64,000 bases of DNA. It comes from Candidatus Indicimonas acetifermentans (GTDB lineage: Bacteria; Gemmatimonadota; Gemmatimonadetes; Palauibacterales; KS3-K002). The translations under genes and the position numbers were made by a program. The stretch spans positions 381-64,380 of the forward strand of contig CANPVX010000002.1 of NCBI GenBank assembly GCA_947581815.1. The letters run 5' to 3'. The notes beneath the pieces were generated by a model. The model saw only the letters and a list, made by a program, of their open reading frames with translations, was not told the origin of the DNA and did no database searches. Position 1 is the first letter of the stretch, and each line of letters starts with the position of its first letter. This document shows, piece by piece, positions 48,946 to 61,973 of the stretch.

Positions 48946-50256
48946 ATGATTAAGCGCTACACGATCGCAATCCTTGCCCTCCCGCTAATTGGCTTACTCG
49001 CTCCGGAAGCCGGAGCGCAGCTCGCCGATCCCAGCGCCCGCAGCTTGGGGCTCTCCGGCGCCTACACCGCACGGGCGCGGGGCTACGAGGCGGTATTTTG
49101 GAACCCCGCCAATCTGGGCCTTCCTGGCCACGCCGGCTGGTCGGTGGGCCTGCCGGCGGTCAATGCCTTCATCGCGAACAATTCGCTCAGCTACGGCGAC
49201 ATCACCGGACTCTACGGCGAGTTCCTCGATGCCCAGAGGAAATCGGAGATCTTGGAGGATATTCGCCGGGGTGATCCCGATAGGATGCTCCGGATCGATG
49301 GCGATGCGAGTGCGCACTGGATTGGATTCAGTATATGGCGATTCGCGGTCGCCGGCGGCAGCATCGCCACGGGCACGGCGGAGCTCTCGGCCGATGCCGT
49401 GGAACTCATTCTCTTTGGTAACGTCGGCGAGGATGGGCTCGGCAAAGACTTCGCTCTCGAAGGCTCGAATGCGCTGGGTTGGAGCGTGAGCGCCGTGGGC
49501 GCTTCGTACGCGCAGCCGTTCACGATCCCGGCCCTCGATCACCTGGGGATGCATTTCTCGGTCGGCGCGACTGCCAAATATCTCGTCGCGCATGGGCTCG
49601 GCCGCGTCACCGACCAGGGCAGCCTCTTCACGCTGGACCCTCTGGCGGTCGATGTCAGCGCGGAAGCCATCTACTCGAGCGACGCAATCTCGGGGAGCGG
49701 CTGGTCCGTGGACCTGGCGCTCGCCATGAAGTCTCAATCTGTCACGGCGGGACTGACCGTCCGGAACTTGGCGGGCGACATCGCCTGGGACGAGGACGTC
49801 TTCGAGCTGACCGCGGTGACCGCGAGCGCGGACTTCAGCTCCTCCACATCGAGCGACACGACCTTCAGCTTCGATGAGCTGAGCCCCGAGGATCAGGCTC
49901 GTGTGCGGGCCTTCCTCGACGAAGCTTCGCTGCCGACGCGAATCCGGCTGGGCGGCAAGTTCGACCTGGGCTCGAAGTTCAGCGTTTCAGCCGACTACGA
50001 GGAGACCGTCGGCGGGACGCTCAGAGCAGGCTGGGACCGCCTCATCGCCGCAGGCGCGGAGCTGGCCTTGGTCCCGAACATCCCGCTTCGCATCGGTCTG
50101 GGCACGAATTTCGAGGACGTCGCCTACTCCGGCGGTCTGGGCATTTACGGCGGCCCCGTGCACTTCGACATCGCCGCGCGGCGCCAGGGCGTCGGCGGGG
50201 GCGGTGGCCTGGCCCTGGCGCTCTCACTCAGCATCTGGCCCGGAACGCGGAACTAG
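48946..50256 (+). CDS. outer-membrane beta-barrel protein, FadL/OmpP1/PorV-like N-terminal motif
   Basis: Signal peptide. SLGLSGAYTARARGYEAVFWNPANL fits the conserved FadL-family N-terminal hatch motif. Alternating amphipathic strands. A C-terminal aromatic residue (W) near the end. Confidence 0.55.
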   Translation: MIKRYTIAILALPLIGLLAPEAGAQLADPSARSLGLSGAYTARARGYEAVFWNPANLGLPGHAGWSVGLPAVNAFIANNSLSYGDITGLYGEFLDAQRKSEILEDIRRGDPDRMLRIDGDASAHWIGFSIWRFAVAGGSIATGTAELSADAVELILFGNVGEDGLGKDFALEGSNALGWSVSAVGASYAQPFTIPALDHLGMHFSVGATAKYLVAHGLGRVTDQGSLFTLDPLAVDVSAEAIYSSDAISGSGWSVDLALAMKSQSVTAGLTVRNLAGDIAWDEDVFELTAVTASADFSSSTSSDTTFSFDELSPEDQARVRAFLDEASLPTRIRLGGKFDLGSKFSVSADYEETVGGTLRAGWDRLIAAGAELALVPNIPLRIGLGTNFEDVAYSGGLGIYGGPVHFDIAARRQGVGGGGGLALALSLSIWPGTRN

Positions 50257-50263
50257 CTTTGCC

Positions 50264-50284
50264 GAGCGGCGGTCCTCGCCGCTC
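50264..50284. terminator. GC hairpin (gagcggcg-gtcct-cgccgctc) between convergent genes; possible bidirectional terminator
   Basis: Perfect 8-bp stem with a 5-nt loop. A weak U tract (gccgtttcc) follows on the plus strand. Confidence 0.25.
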
Positions 50285-50328
50285 AGCGAAGCCGTTTCCA
50301 CTAGCGTTCTTCGAACCGGCCCCGCTCA

Positions 50329-51219
50329 TCACAACAGTCGTCCTTGCGCTTCACCCTCGACTTCGACGAGGCCTTCTAGCGTCTCGCCGAACGCCGCGGC
50401 GAGCGACGCCGGCGCCTTCCGAGGCTCACCACTAATCATCGCCGCCATCATGAGTGCGTTGGCGGGGGCCTGTCCTCGGAAGTGGTTGTTGGTTACGACG
50501 TAGACATCCTCCACGTAGCCGCTTCGCTCCAGCTCCCGGGTTCGCTCCACCCACGACTCGAGCTCTTCTCGATCGTACAGATAGTCGTAGCGCGCATCGC
50601 GCCCCGCACCTTCCCGGAACCAGTCTTCGTAGTTACGTCCGTGTAGCCGTACGTACCCGACGCGTCCCGTGGCCCGGGAGGAGGGCTCTATGGATCGACC
50701 GAACAGAGGCTGGTCGATGTTGACGAACCCGGAACCGCGTTCCGCCAACCACTCGTAGAACCGCGGCTGGTTCCAAGATGCATGGCGCACCTCCACGACG
50801 AGCGGGTAGTCCGCGAACGCTCCCAGCACATCCGCCAACCACTCTTGCGATGCCTCTACCGCTTTGAACGACCAGGGGAACTGGATCAGCACCGCTCCCA
50901 GCCGGCCCTCGTCCGCTAACGCATCCAGCCCCTCGCGAGCTAGATCGACCTCGTCGCTCGACCAGGCGGCGTCGCGCTGATGGGTGAAGCGCTGCCAGAG
51001 CTTGGCGGTGAACTTGAAATGCTCGTTCTCGGCAACCCGCCGGGCCCAGCGCCGAGCGACGTCGGGCCGTGCGGGTCGGTAGAACGTCGAGTTGATCTCT
51101 ATAGTGTCGAAGAAACGAGCGAGATACTGGAGGGGATCGAAGCCGCGGGGCTTATCCGCCGGGTATACTATTCCCTCCCAGTCGGGATAGCTCCAGCCAG
51201 CAGGTCCTACTCGGATCAA
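50329..51219 (-). CDS. DUF72 family protein
   Basis: 296 aa. IRVGPAGWSYPDWEGIVYP...FDTIEINSTFYRP is the DUF72 signature. Confidence 0.85.
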   Translation of the reverse strand: MIRVGPAGWSYPDWEGIVYPADKPRGFDPLQYLARFFDTIEINSTFYRPARPDVARRWARRVAENEHFKFTAKLWQRFTHQRDAAWSSDEVDLAREGLDALADEGRLGAVLIQFPWSFKAVEASQEWLADVLGAFADYPLVVEVRHASWNQPRFYEWLAERGSGFVNIDQPLFGRSIEPSSRATGRVGYVRLHGRNYEDWFREGAGRDARYDYLYDREELESWVERTRELERSGYVEDVYVVTNNHFRGQAPANALMMAAMISGEPRKAPASLAAAFGETLEGLVEVEGEAQGRLL

Positions 51220-52685
51220 CGGGACCTCTCCACGATCGCCGCCTCCGCCCTCGGGTCCCAGCGTGGCGGCGACTCGGCGTTTGCCACGGCCACAGCGACC
51301 ATGAAGATGAGGCGTGTGATACGAGATGCTTTTTCTACGTTGATCTTCTCCAGTTCGTCCGACGGACGATGGTAGTCCGGGTGCACGCCGTTGAAGAAGA
51401 AGATCGAGGGGATACCCTTTCGGGCGAAGTTGAATTGATCCGAGCGCCAGAAGAAACGCTCGGCCGGCCAGGGATCTCCCACGGCCGTGACGTTGAGCTC
51501 GGGGTGCACCGCCGCCACGCTATCGACGAGCGATCCCAACGTCGAGTACGGCTTGCCGATCACGGCGATCGTGTCCTCCCAATTGCGCCCGATCATATCG
51601 ATATTGAGGTTGGCTATCGCGCGATCCAGCGGAATCGGTGGATAAGTCACGAACCAGGTCGAGCCGAGCAAGCCTTTCTCTTCTCCGCTCACCGCCAGGA
51701 AAACCAACGATCGCTTTGGCCGCTTCGCCAGCGCCGCGGCCGCCTCAGCGATCTCGAGCATGGCGGCCGTTCCCGATGCATTGTCGTCGGCGCCGTTGTA
51801 GATGGAGTCGCCGTCCACGGGAAAGCCGACGCCGAGATGATCCATGTGGGCGCTGACGATGACGTACTCGTCTCGAAGCGATGGATCGCTGCCCGGCAGG
51901 ATACCGACCACGTTCGGCGCGGCGGTGGTCTCGACCCGCATGTCGGCGGACAGCGTCGCTCTCAGGCCCCGCTCCTCCTCACGTCCAATCGACGCGAACT
52001 GCGCTTCCAGGCCCAGACGCTCGACCGCCGAAGCCAGGGCCTCCTCGCTGATCAGCGCCGCGGGCAAGCTCGGCTCCAGGTCGCCTAGCTCGTAGACGCT
52101 TTGGCCGCTCACCAGCCACTCGTCCACCTGATAACCCATCCCTCGGGAGAAGACGAGCAGCAGACCTGACGCGCCGGCATCGCTGGCGGCGCGAAGCCAG
52201 TCGCGCGACGTGACGCTGGGTGAGATACGGGCGAGCCAGATCGCCGGGGCGACGCCGTCCGTCGTAGCGGCCGGCGGCTGTCCGCCCATGAAGCGGATCG
52301 GACCTTCCACCGTTCCCCCAGCCCAGGGCACGCCCCAGAAGTCAGATCCGAGGCTCGGGCGCACACTCCGCCTCCCCGAGCGGATGGCGAGCGTCCAGCC
52401 ATCCCCCATATCGGTGCGGGCGAGGCGGTAACGTTGGATAAACCCGCCGGGAGGCGGCCTCAGCCCCATGCGCCGATACTCAACGGCGATGTATTCGGCT
52501 GCGATGTCGAGGCCCCGGCTGGGCGTAGCACGGCCCCGCAACGCGTCGGACGCGAGAAACTCTATGCGGGCGCGCATGTCGCTGGCCGTGATGTCGTGGT
52601 CGCGACCGGTCATGCCGGGCGCAGAACGACAACCCACCCACAAAGTGGCTCCCAGGATCAGTAACTTCACGAGCGCTGGCTTCAC
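51216..52685 (-). CDS. M28-family zinc aminopeptidase with PA domain, secreted
   Basis: Signal peptide. Motifs SAHMDHLG, GADDNASG, SGEEKGLLGS and HPDYHRPSD are M28 metal ligands. Confidence 0.85.
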   Translation of the reverse strand: MKPALVKLLILGATLWVGCRSAPGMTGRDHDITASDMRARIEFLASDALRGRATPSRGLDIAAEYIAVEYRRMGLRPPPGGFIQRYRLARTDMGDGWTLAIRSGRRSVRPSLGSDFWGVPWAGGTVEGPIRFMGGQPPAATTDGVAPAIWLARISPSVTSRDWLRAASDAGASGLLLVFSRGMGYQVDEWLVSGQSVYELGDLEPSLPAALISEEALASAVERLGLEAQFASIGREEERGLRATLSADMRVETTAAPNVVGILPGSDPSLRDEYVIVSAHMDHLGVGFPVDGDSIYNGADDNASGTAAMLEIAEAAAALAKRPKRSLVFLAVSGEEKGLLGSTWFVTYPPIPLDRAIANLNIDMIGRNWEDTIAVIGKPYSTLGSLVDSVAAVHPELNVTAVGDPWPAERFFWRSDQFNFARKGIPSIFFFNGVHPDYHRPSDELEKINVEKASRITRLIFMVAVAVANAESPPRWDPRAEAAIVERSR

Positions 52686-52887
52686 TTCCGCCTCCCAGGG
52701 TCAGTACACCCTACCCGGCGCGCCGAGATCCCTTCAGGGACCCTGGCTGCCTGTTCTGCGTACACCGATCATATCCATGAGCGAACCCATCGGGCAATGT
52801 GGAACTGACGTGGCCGGGTGGCCGCCGTGTTGCTAATGTACTTGTTCGAGCACGTTTAGAAGGGGCGAAGTTGGGGCTCAATCGGGG

Positions 52888-53802
52888 ATGAACACGCAAC
52901 GGCAGGATAGACCGGATCTGCTCGATCCCGCGGAACTGGACGCGCTGGGAGGGCTCGAGTTCATCGCCCGCGCGGTCGTGGAAGGCTTCATGTCGGGGCT
53001 CCACAGCTCGCCGAACCGCGGCTTCTCAGTGGAATTCGCCGAACACCGCATCTACCAGCCGGGCGACGATTTTCGCTTCGTCGACTGGAAGATGTACGGC
53101 CGGTCCGATCGGTTTTATCTGAAGCAATACGAGGAAGAGACGAACCTCGCCGCTCACCTCTGCCTCGACGTCAGCCGCTCGATGGATTGGCGCAGCAAAG
53201 AAGATGGGCTGCTCACGAAGTTGGAGTACGCCAAGCGCGTCGTGGCCAGCTTGGCGATGATGCTGATTCGTCAGGGGGATGAGGCGGGGCTTTACTGTTT
53301 CGCCGAGAAAGTCATGAGCCGCACCGCGCCGAAAGGCACCTTGGCGCATTGGTCGGAGCTGGTCCGCAGGCTCGTGGCTCAGCTGCCGGGCCAACTGAGC
53401 GCGGCCGAAGATGCGCTCGCGGAGATCGCCGGGCGGCTCCGCCGTCGCGGCCTCGTCGTGCTGGTCTCGGACCTACTCGTGGATGAGGAGGCAACCCGCA
53501 GCGCGCTGAACAGGCTGCGCCACCGTGAGCACGAAGTTCTGGTTTTTCATATTCTGGATCCGGGTGAGCTCGAGTTGCCGGGAACGGGAGATGCGATCTT
53601 CGTAGACCCGGAGACCGGCGATGAGGTCGAGGCCCGATCCGCCGAGCTGCGCGGCGAATATCGAGAGGCGGTCGCCTCAGCTCTCGATGAATGGCGGCGC
53701 GCTTGCGGCGCGCAAGGCATCGACTACTTCCCGGTCTCGACCGATCAGCCGCTCGCCCTCTCGCTGTCCCGCTACCTCCACACGCGGGCTCGGTTAGCTT
53801 GA
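52888..53802 (+). CDS. DUF58 (vWA-like) protein of MoxR-associated systems
   Basis: 304 aa. GxHxSxxxGxGxEFxxxRxYxxGD pattern (HSSPNRGFSVEFAEHRIYQPGDD). Confidence 0.85.
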   Translation: MNTQRQDRPDLLDPAELDALGGLEFIARAVVEGFMSGLHSSPNRGFSVEFAEHRIYQPGDDFRFVDWKMYGRSDRFYLKQYEEETNLAAHLCLDVSRSMDWRSKEDGLLTKLEYAKRVVASLAMMLIRQGDEAGLYCFAEKVMSRTAPKGTLAHWSELVRRLVAQLPGQLSAAEDALAEIAGRLRRRGLVVLVSDLLVDEEATRSALNRLRHREHEVLVFHILDPGELELPGTGDAIFVDPETGDEVEARSAELRGEYREAVASALDEWRRACGAQGIDYFPVSTDQPLALSLSRYLHTRARLA

Positions 53803-55804
53803 TAGGTTTTCTAGCGCCTCTCTTTCTGATCGGCGCAATCGCCGCGGCGATCCCCATAATCCTGCACCTGATCCGGCGTCGCGAGGTGAGGCGTATCGAG
53901 TTTCCTGCGATGCGCTACTTGCGCCGCGCCGAGAAAAGACACGCCAAGAGGCTGCGCATCAGACACCTGCTCCTTCTAGCGACGCGCGTCTTCATCATCT
54001 GTCTGCTCGCGATCCTCGCCGCCGGTCCACTCATCGGCCGCGGAGGTTCAGCAGACCATCGCCCGACCGCTCTCGCCATCATCATCGACGACTCGCAGAG
54101 CTCCACCCAGCTACTCGGCGATCGCCGCCTGCTGGACCACTATGCCGAGCGAGTCGAAGCGGCCCTCGATCTCGTCGCCCTCGACGATCAGGTGGCCGTC
54201 TTTAGCGCCGCCACCGCAGACCGCCCCATGATCGTTCAAGGTGTCGCCGCGGCTCGCGCGTACCTCGAAGACGTGCAACCAGCCGCTGCACTGGCGCACC
54301 TTCCCGAGACGCTTCGCAGAGCCGACGCCTGGACTCGCACGGTGGCCGACGGCCGGGCGCGTGAGATCCATCTCCTTACCGACCTCCAGCGCGTATCGAT
54401 TCCGGGCCGCTCGACGTCCGCGGACGGCGCCGAGTCTGAAAGCCCAGGGACCGGTATCACTTTATTTGCCTATGCCGCGCCTGGCGGAACGCAGCCGAAC
54501 GGCACGCTCGGCCCGCCCACCCCGGAGTTCACGCCGCTCAACGCGCGACGCGACACTCGGGTCAGCGTCCCACTCGTGTGGTACGGCGCGGATATGCCGG
54601 AAACCCCGGTCGTGGTTCGCTTGATCGCGGGCGGCAACGTCGTGACCGTCGCCGAGGCGAAGTTCGGCTCCACGACCCTCCTCAGGCTGCCACCACAGGA
54701 CAGCGGATGGGTTCAGGGTTACATCGAGATCGACAATCATGGGCTGGCGGCCGACGATCGCCGTTACTTTACCTGGTTTGCTCGTCCTTCAGCCCGGGTC
54801 TCCGTGTTGGGAGACGTTGACGATTTCGTGACCCACGCCCTCACCGCCCTCCAGCATGGCGGGCGCCTGCAACTCGTCGCTCCATCGGTTGCCGAGGTTT
54901 GGGTGGCGGCTTCGGGCGCGCAGCTGCAAGAGGGGCTGGCCCGGGGGCGCGCCGTGGTCGTTCTTCCGCCCAGCTCGGCCCTGGAGCTGCCACGCCTCAA
55001 CCGGCGGCTCACCCAGGCGGGCTTGCCCTGGCGTTACGAGAATGTCCAGTCGAGCGGTGGAGCCGCGCGTATCGCCGATCCCTCCCCGCTGGCCGGACTC
55101 GGAGGGCTACTCGTCCAGCAGTGGTACCGGCTTGTGCTGACCGGCCTCAGTCCCGGTGACTCGACTCTGATTAGACTGAGCAACGGAGACCCTTGGGTCG
55201 TAAGGGGCACAACTCCAGGCGGAGCATCCTACCTCCTCCTCGCCTCGCCAATGACGCCGAGCGCTTCAGCGCTTCCGGTGAGCGCCGGGATGGTGCCGTT
55301 CATGGACGCGGCTCTGGGAGAGTGGGTGCGGCGGGGCGAGATAAGCGAGTTCAACTTGGTGGGTGGCGCGTCACTGAGGATTCCCTCTAGAGCGAGAAAC
55401 ATCGAACACCCCGACGGATCGTCGAGCGCCGCGGAGGGCGGAGCGTCCTTTCAGGCTCGCCGCGCGGGAAACTACACCGTGCGGGGCGATGATGGGGTGA
55501 CGCTGGCCTTCTCGGTCAACGCGCCCCTCGCGGAGGCGGATCTCGAGCGCGGCGAGCGCGCGTCGTTACAGGAGGTCTTGCCAGGCGCGGATTGGAGCTG
55601 GATTCGGGGAGACGACGCCAAGGCGTGGGCGGACGCCGTGTTCGGTACGCGGCGTGGGCGGCTGGCCTGGCGCCCACTTATTGCACTCCTCATCGTCTTT
55701 GCTATTCTCGAGTCGAGTCTAGCGGCCGCCGGACGGCGTCGAGCCGTCAGCCCGGTGGCTGGGCCGTTGGACCGGCACCCTGAGCAGCAAGCGGCAGAAG
55801 TATC

Positions 55805-55808
<4 letters not shown>
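53799..55808 (+). CDS. BatA-like protein: N-terminal double-TM anchor plus vWA domain plus long C-terminal extension
   Basis: TTG start overlapping the DUF58 stop. FLAPLFLIGAIAAAIPIILHL is the aerotolerance-family N-terminus. IIIDDSQSS is the MIDAS DxSxS motif. Confidence 0.7.
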
Positions 55809-59122
<3,314 letters not shown>

Positions 59123-59123
59123 G

Positions 59124-60536
59124 ATGGCAAAACGTTTATCGTCGGTACTCATTTTGGCTCTCGCAGCCTGCAGCTCGGCGCGCCAAGGGATGGAGGGTCA
59201 TCTGGACGTGGTCGCCCAGGTAGACGGCTTCCGGTTGACGACGGATCACGCGGCGGAGCTGCTCGCCGCCGGAAACGAGCAGATCGCGCCGACCGTCCCT
59301 CGGATCGCGGACCCGCTCACGGATCTGTGGGTCAACTACACCCTACTGGCCAGCCAGTTGGCGAGTCCGACGGCCCTCAACGAGGTCGACATCTCTTGGA
59401 TCGCCGAGCGCGACCTCCAGCAAGAGCTCGTTTGGAACCTCCACAAAGACGCCATCCTGGCTCGCGCGCAGATGCCCGAAGGTATGGCGGAAGCGGCGTA
59501 TGAGGAGGAGCAGCCGCGGACTAGCGTAGAAGCCCGACACATCGTCGTTCGTGTGCCTGAGACGGCCACGCAGGCCGACGCGGACAGCCTCCGTCGGTAC
59601 GCCGAGAGCATTCGACGCCAGCTACTCGACGGGGCCGACTTTGCCGAGATGGCCGAGCGCCACTCTCAGGATCCGGCCAGCGCTCCGGCGGGCGGGACAC
59701 TCGGCTGGATCCAACGCGGCAGGTTGGTCGCCGAGTTGGAAGACGTCGTTTTCGCGCTCGAGACGGGTGAGATCAGCGATCTCGTTCGGAGCGCGGCCGG
59801 ATATCACATCGTTCAGGTCACCGGCCGGCGGGAGCCCGACTTCCAGTCGGCCATTACCCAGTTCACGGCCGAACTCGAAGGGCGCAAGCTCGCTGAGGCC
59901 GAGAGCACATACATCGACTCGCTCTTCGCACGGGCGGATACGAGCTACACAGTCGGGGCGGCGGCGCGGATGAAGAGGCTCGCCGTCGATCCTCGAGTCG
60001 AGAGACTCACGCCCCTGGAGCGAAGCGCCCCGCTGGCTTCTTTCGACGGCGGCTTTGTTACGGTCGGAGACCTCGCCGACTATATCGTAAGAGGCGCGCC
60101 CAACTCGCGCTCTCTGATCGCCGGAGCCAATGAGCAGGGCCTGATCAGCATCCTCAACGAGATGATTCGTAGCGAGCTTCTGGTGAAAGCGGCCAACGAT
60201 CTGGGTTACTCCATCTCCGAACAAGAGATCGCGAGCATCGAGGACAAAGCCCGCAGACTGCTCTACGCTGCCGTCACCGTTTCCGGCTTCAGGCGTGAGG
60301 AGCTGACAGACGATGACGCGATCATGGAGGTAGTCGACCGCGTCATCATTCAGATCCTCAACGGAGAGCGCAGTGCCAAAGGGGTCGAGAGGGTCTATCT
60401 GGTTTTGCGCCAAGATCACACGATCCAGGTCTATCCGGATCGATTCCCCCTGGTGTACCAGAAGCTCGTAGCGCTCCGCGAAGGCGCCGCTGGCGACGGA
60501 GAAGATTCGCCGGCGGGAGAAGGAGCCAGCCGGTGA
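59124..60536 (+). CDS. SurA-like periplasmic chaperone / parvulin PPIase lipoprotein (one parvulin domain)
   Basis: Lipobox LALAACSS. Parvulin domain RHIVVRV...GGTLGW...AGYHIVQV. Confidence 0.8.
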   Translation: MAKRLSSVLILALAACSSARQGMEGHLDVVAQVDGFRLTTDHAAELLAAGNEQIAPTVPRIADPLTDLWVNYTLLASQLASPTALNEVDISWIAERDLQQELVWNLHKDAILARAQMPEGMAEAAYEEEQPRTSVEARHIVVRVPETATQADADSLRRYAESIRRQLLDGADFAEMAERHSQDPASAPAGGTLGWIQRGRLVAELEDVVFALETGEISDLVRSAAGYHIVQVTGRREPDFQSAITQFTAELEGRKLAEAESTYIDSLFARADTSYTVGAAARMKRLAVDPRVERLTPLERSAPLASFDGGFVTVGDLADYIVRGAPNSRSLIAGANEQGLISILNEMIRSELLVKAANDLGYSISEQEIASIEDKARRLLYAAVTVSGFRREELTDDDAIMEVVDRVIIQILNGERSAKGVERVYLVLRQDHTIQVYPDRFPLVYQKLVALREGAAGDGEDSPAGEGASR

Positions 60537-61933
60537 TGCGTCGCCCCCGCCCCAACGCGATCGGCGCCTCCTCGGGCCGAACGGCTGGCCTAGCCGTCGC
60601 GCTGGCGGTGATCCTCGCGGCGCCACGCACGGCCACTCCCCAGACGGAACCGGAGCTCGTCGACCGGGTGGTGGCCATCGTCGGCGACACCGCCGTGCTA
60701 CAAAGCGAGCTGCAGGAGCACCTCTTCCGGATCCAGGCACAAGGCGGACGTCTTCCAACGGACCGTGACGGGATGCGGACCCTCGCGCGTCAGGTTCTTC
60801 AGCAGAAGATCAACGAAGTCCTCATCGTCCTCAGCGCCCGCGCGCAAGGGGTGACCATAACCGAAAGCGAGGTCAACGCGGTCGTCGATGAGCGGCTGGC
60901 CACCGTCAAGCGCCAGTTTCCTACCGAGATCGCGTTCCAGCAGGCTCTGGCTCAGGCCGGGATGACGTCGGCGGAGTTCAGACTCCAGCTCGCAGATCAG
61001 TCCAGAGCCGAGCTGATGACCCAGCGCTATCTGGGGCAAAGCGTGTCGGAATTGCAACCGGTACCCGTGACCGAAGAGGAGGTGCGCGAGCGTTTCGAAG
61101 CCCAGCGGGGCTCGCTAGGCCCCAAGCCAGCGACGATCAGCCTATTGCAGATCATCTTCACCCCTAGCGCCACGATCGACGCGGAATTGACGGCGAAAAC
61201 CAAAACCGAGCAAGTGCTGTCTCGAGCTCGATCGGGTGAGGACTTCGGCGAGCTGGCTCGCGAGTATTCTGAGGATGCGGGTACGAAGGCGAACGGCGGT
61301 GAGCTCGGCTGGTTGCGCAAGGGACAGCTGCTCCCCGAGTTCGAGCAGGCGCTGTTCGAGATGACCCCCGGCGAGATCACCGGCCCGGTCGAGACGGCTG
61401 TCGGATACCACATTATCAAGCTGGACCGAGTCAGGGGGGCGGAGCGGTTAGGGAGTCACATCTTGATCCGCCCCGACATCACGCAAGAGGATGTGTCCCA
61501 GCTCGAGCAGCTGGCCGATTCCGTGGCTGTAGCGCTGCGCCGTGGAGCCGATCTCGACTCTCTGGTTTTGATGTACCATGACAAGAACGAGCAGGAGGCA
61601 CTCACTCGGTTCGCTCAGGATCGACTACCTCCCGAGTATCGCACCGCGCTCCAAAGCGCGAAGCCTGGGGATGTTGTTGGACCCTTCGAGGTCCCAGCTC
61701 CGGGACTGCCGTTCGGTAAGACCGCCGTCGTGAAGGTCGTGGCTATAAGCCCCGGAGGAGATTGGACCTTTGACGATGTGCGGGATCAGTTCTACCGGCA
61801 GGTCCAGGAAGACAAGATGCTGGAACAGGTGATCGACAAGCTCCGGGCGTCCACCTACATCGAATCACGAGAGGATACGGTGGACGAGATGGCCGACGCA
61901 CTCGTGAAACAATTGAGCTCTGTTCTCCAATAA
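60533..61933 (+). CDS. surA: SurA-like periplasmic chaperone with two parvulin domains
   Basis: Signal peptide. Parvulin 1 (LLQIIFTP...GGELGW...VGYHIIKL) and parvulin 2 (HILIRP...) lie between SurA N- and C-terminal chaperone segments. ATGA-type coupling to the upstream paralog. Confidence 0.85.
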   Translation: MMRRPRPNAIGASSGRTAGLAVALAVILAAPRTATPQTEPELVDRVVAIVGDTAVLQSELQEHLFRIQAQGGRLPTDRDGMRTLARQVLQQKINEVLIVLSARAQGVTITESEVNAVVDERLATVKRQFPTEIAFQQALAQAGMTSAEFRLQLADQSRAELMTQRYLGQSVSELQPVPVTEEEVRERFEAQRGSLGPKPATISLLQIIFTPSATIDAELTAKTKTEQVLSRARSGEDFGELAREYSEDAGTKANGGELGWLRKGQLLPEFEQALFEMTPGEITGPVETAVGYHIIKLDRVRGAERLGSHILIRPDITQEDVSQLEQLADSVAVALRRGADLDSLVLMYHDKNEQEALTRFAQDRLPPEYRTALQSAKPGDVVGPFEVPAPGLPFGKTAVVKVVAISPGGDWTFDDVRDQFYRQVQEDKMLEQVIDKLRASTYIESREDTVDEMADALVKQLSSVLQ

Positions 61934-61973
61934 CGATCCATCGCAACCGATTCCCCCGCGGGGAAGAGCCCGG

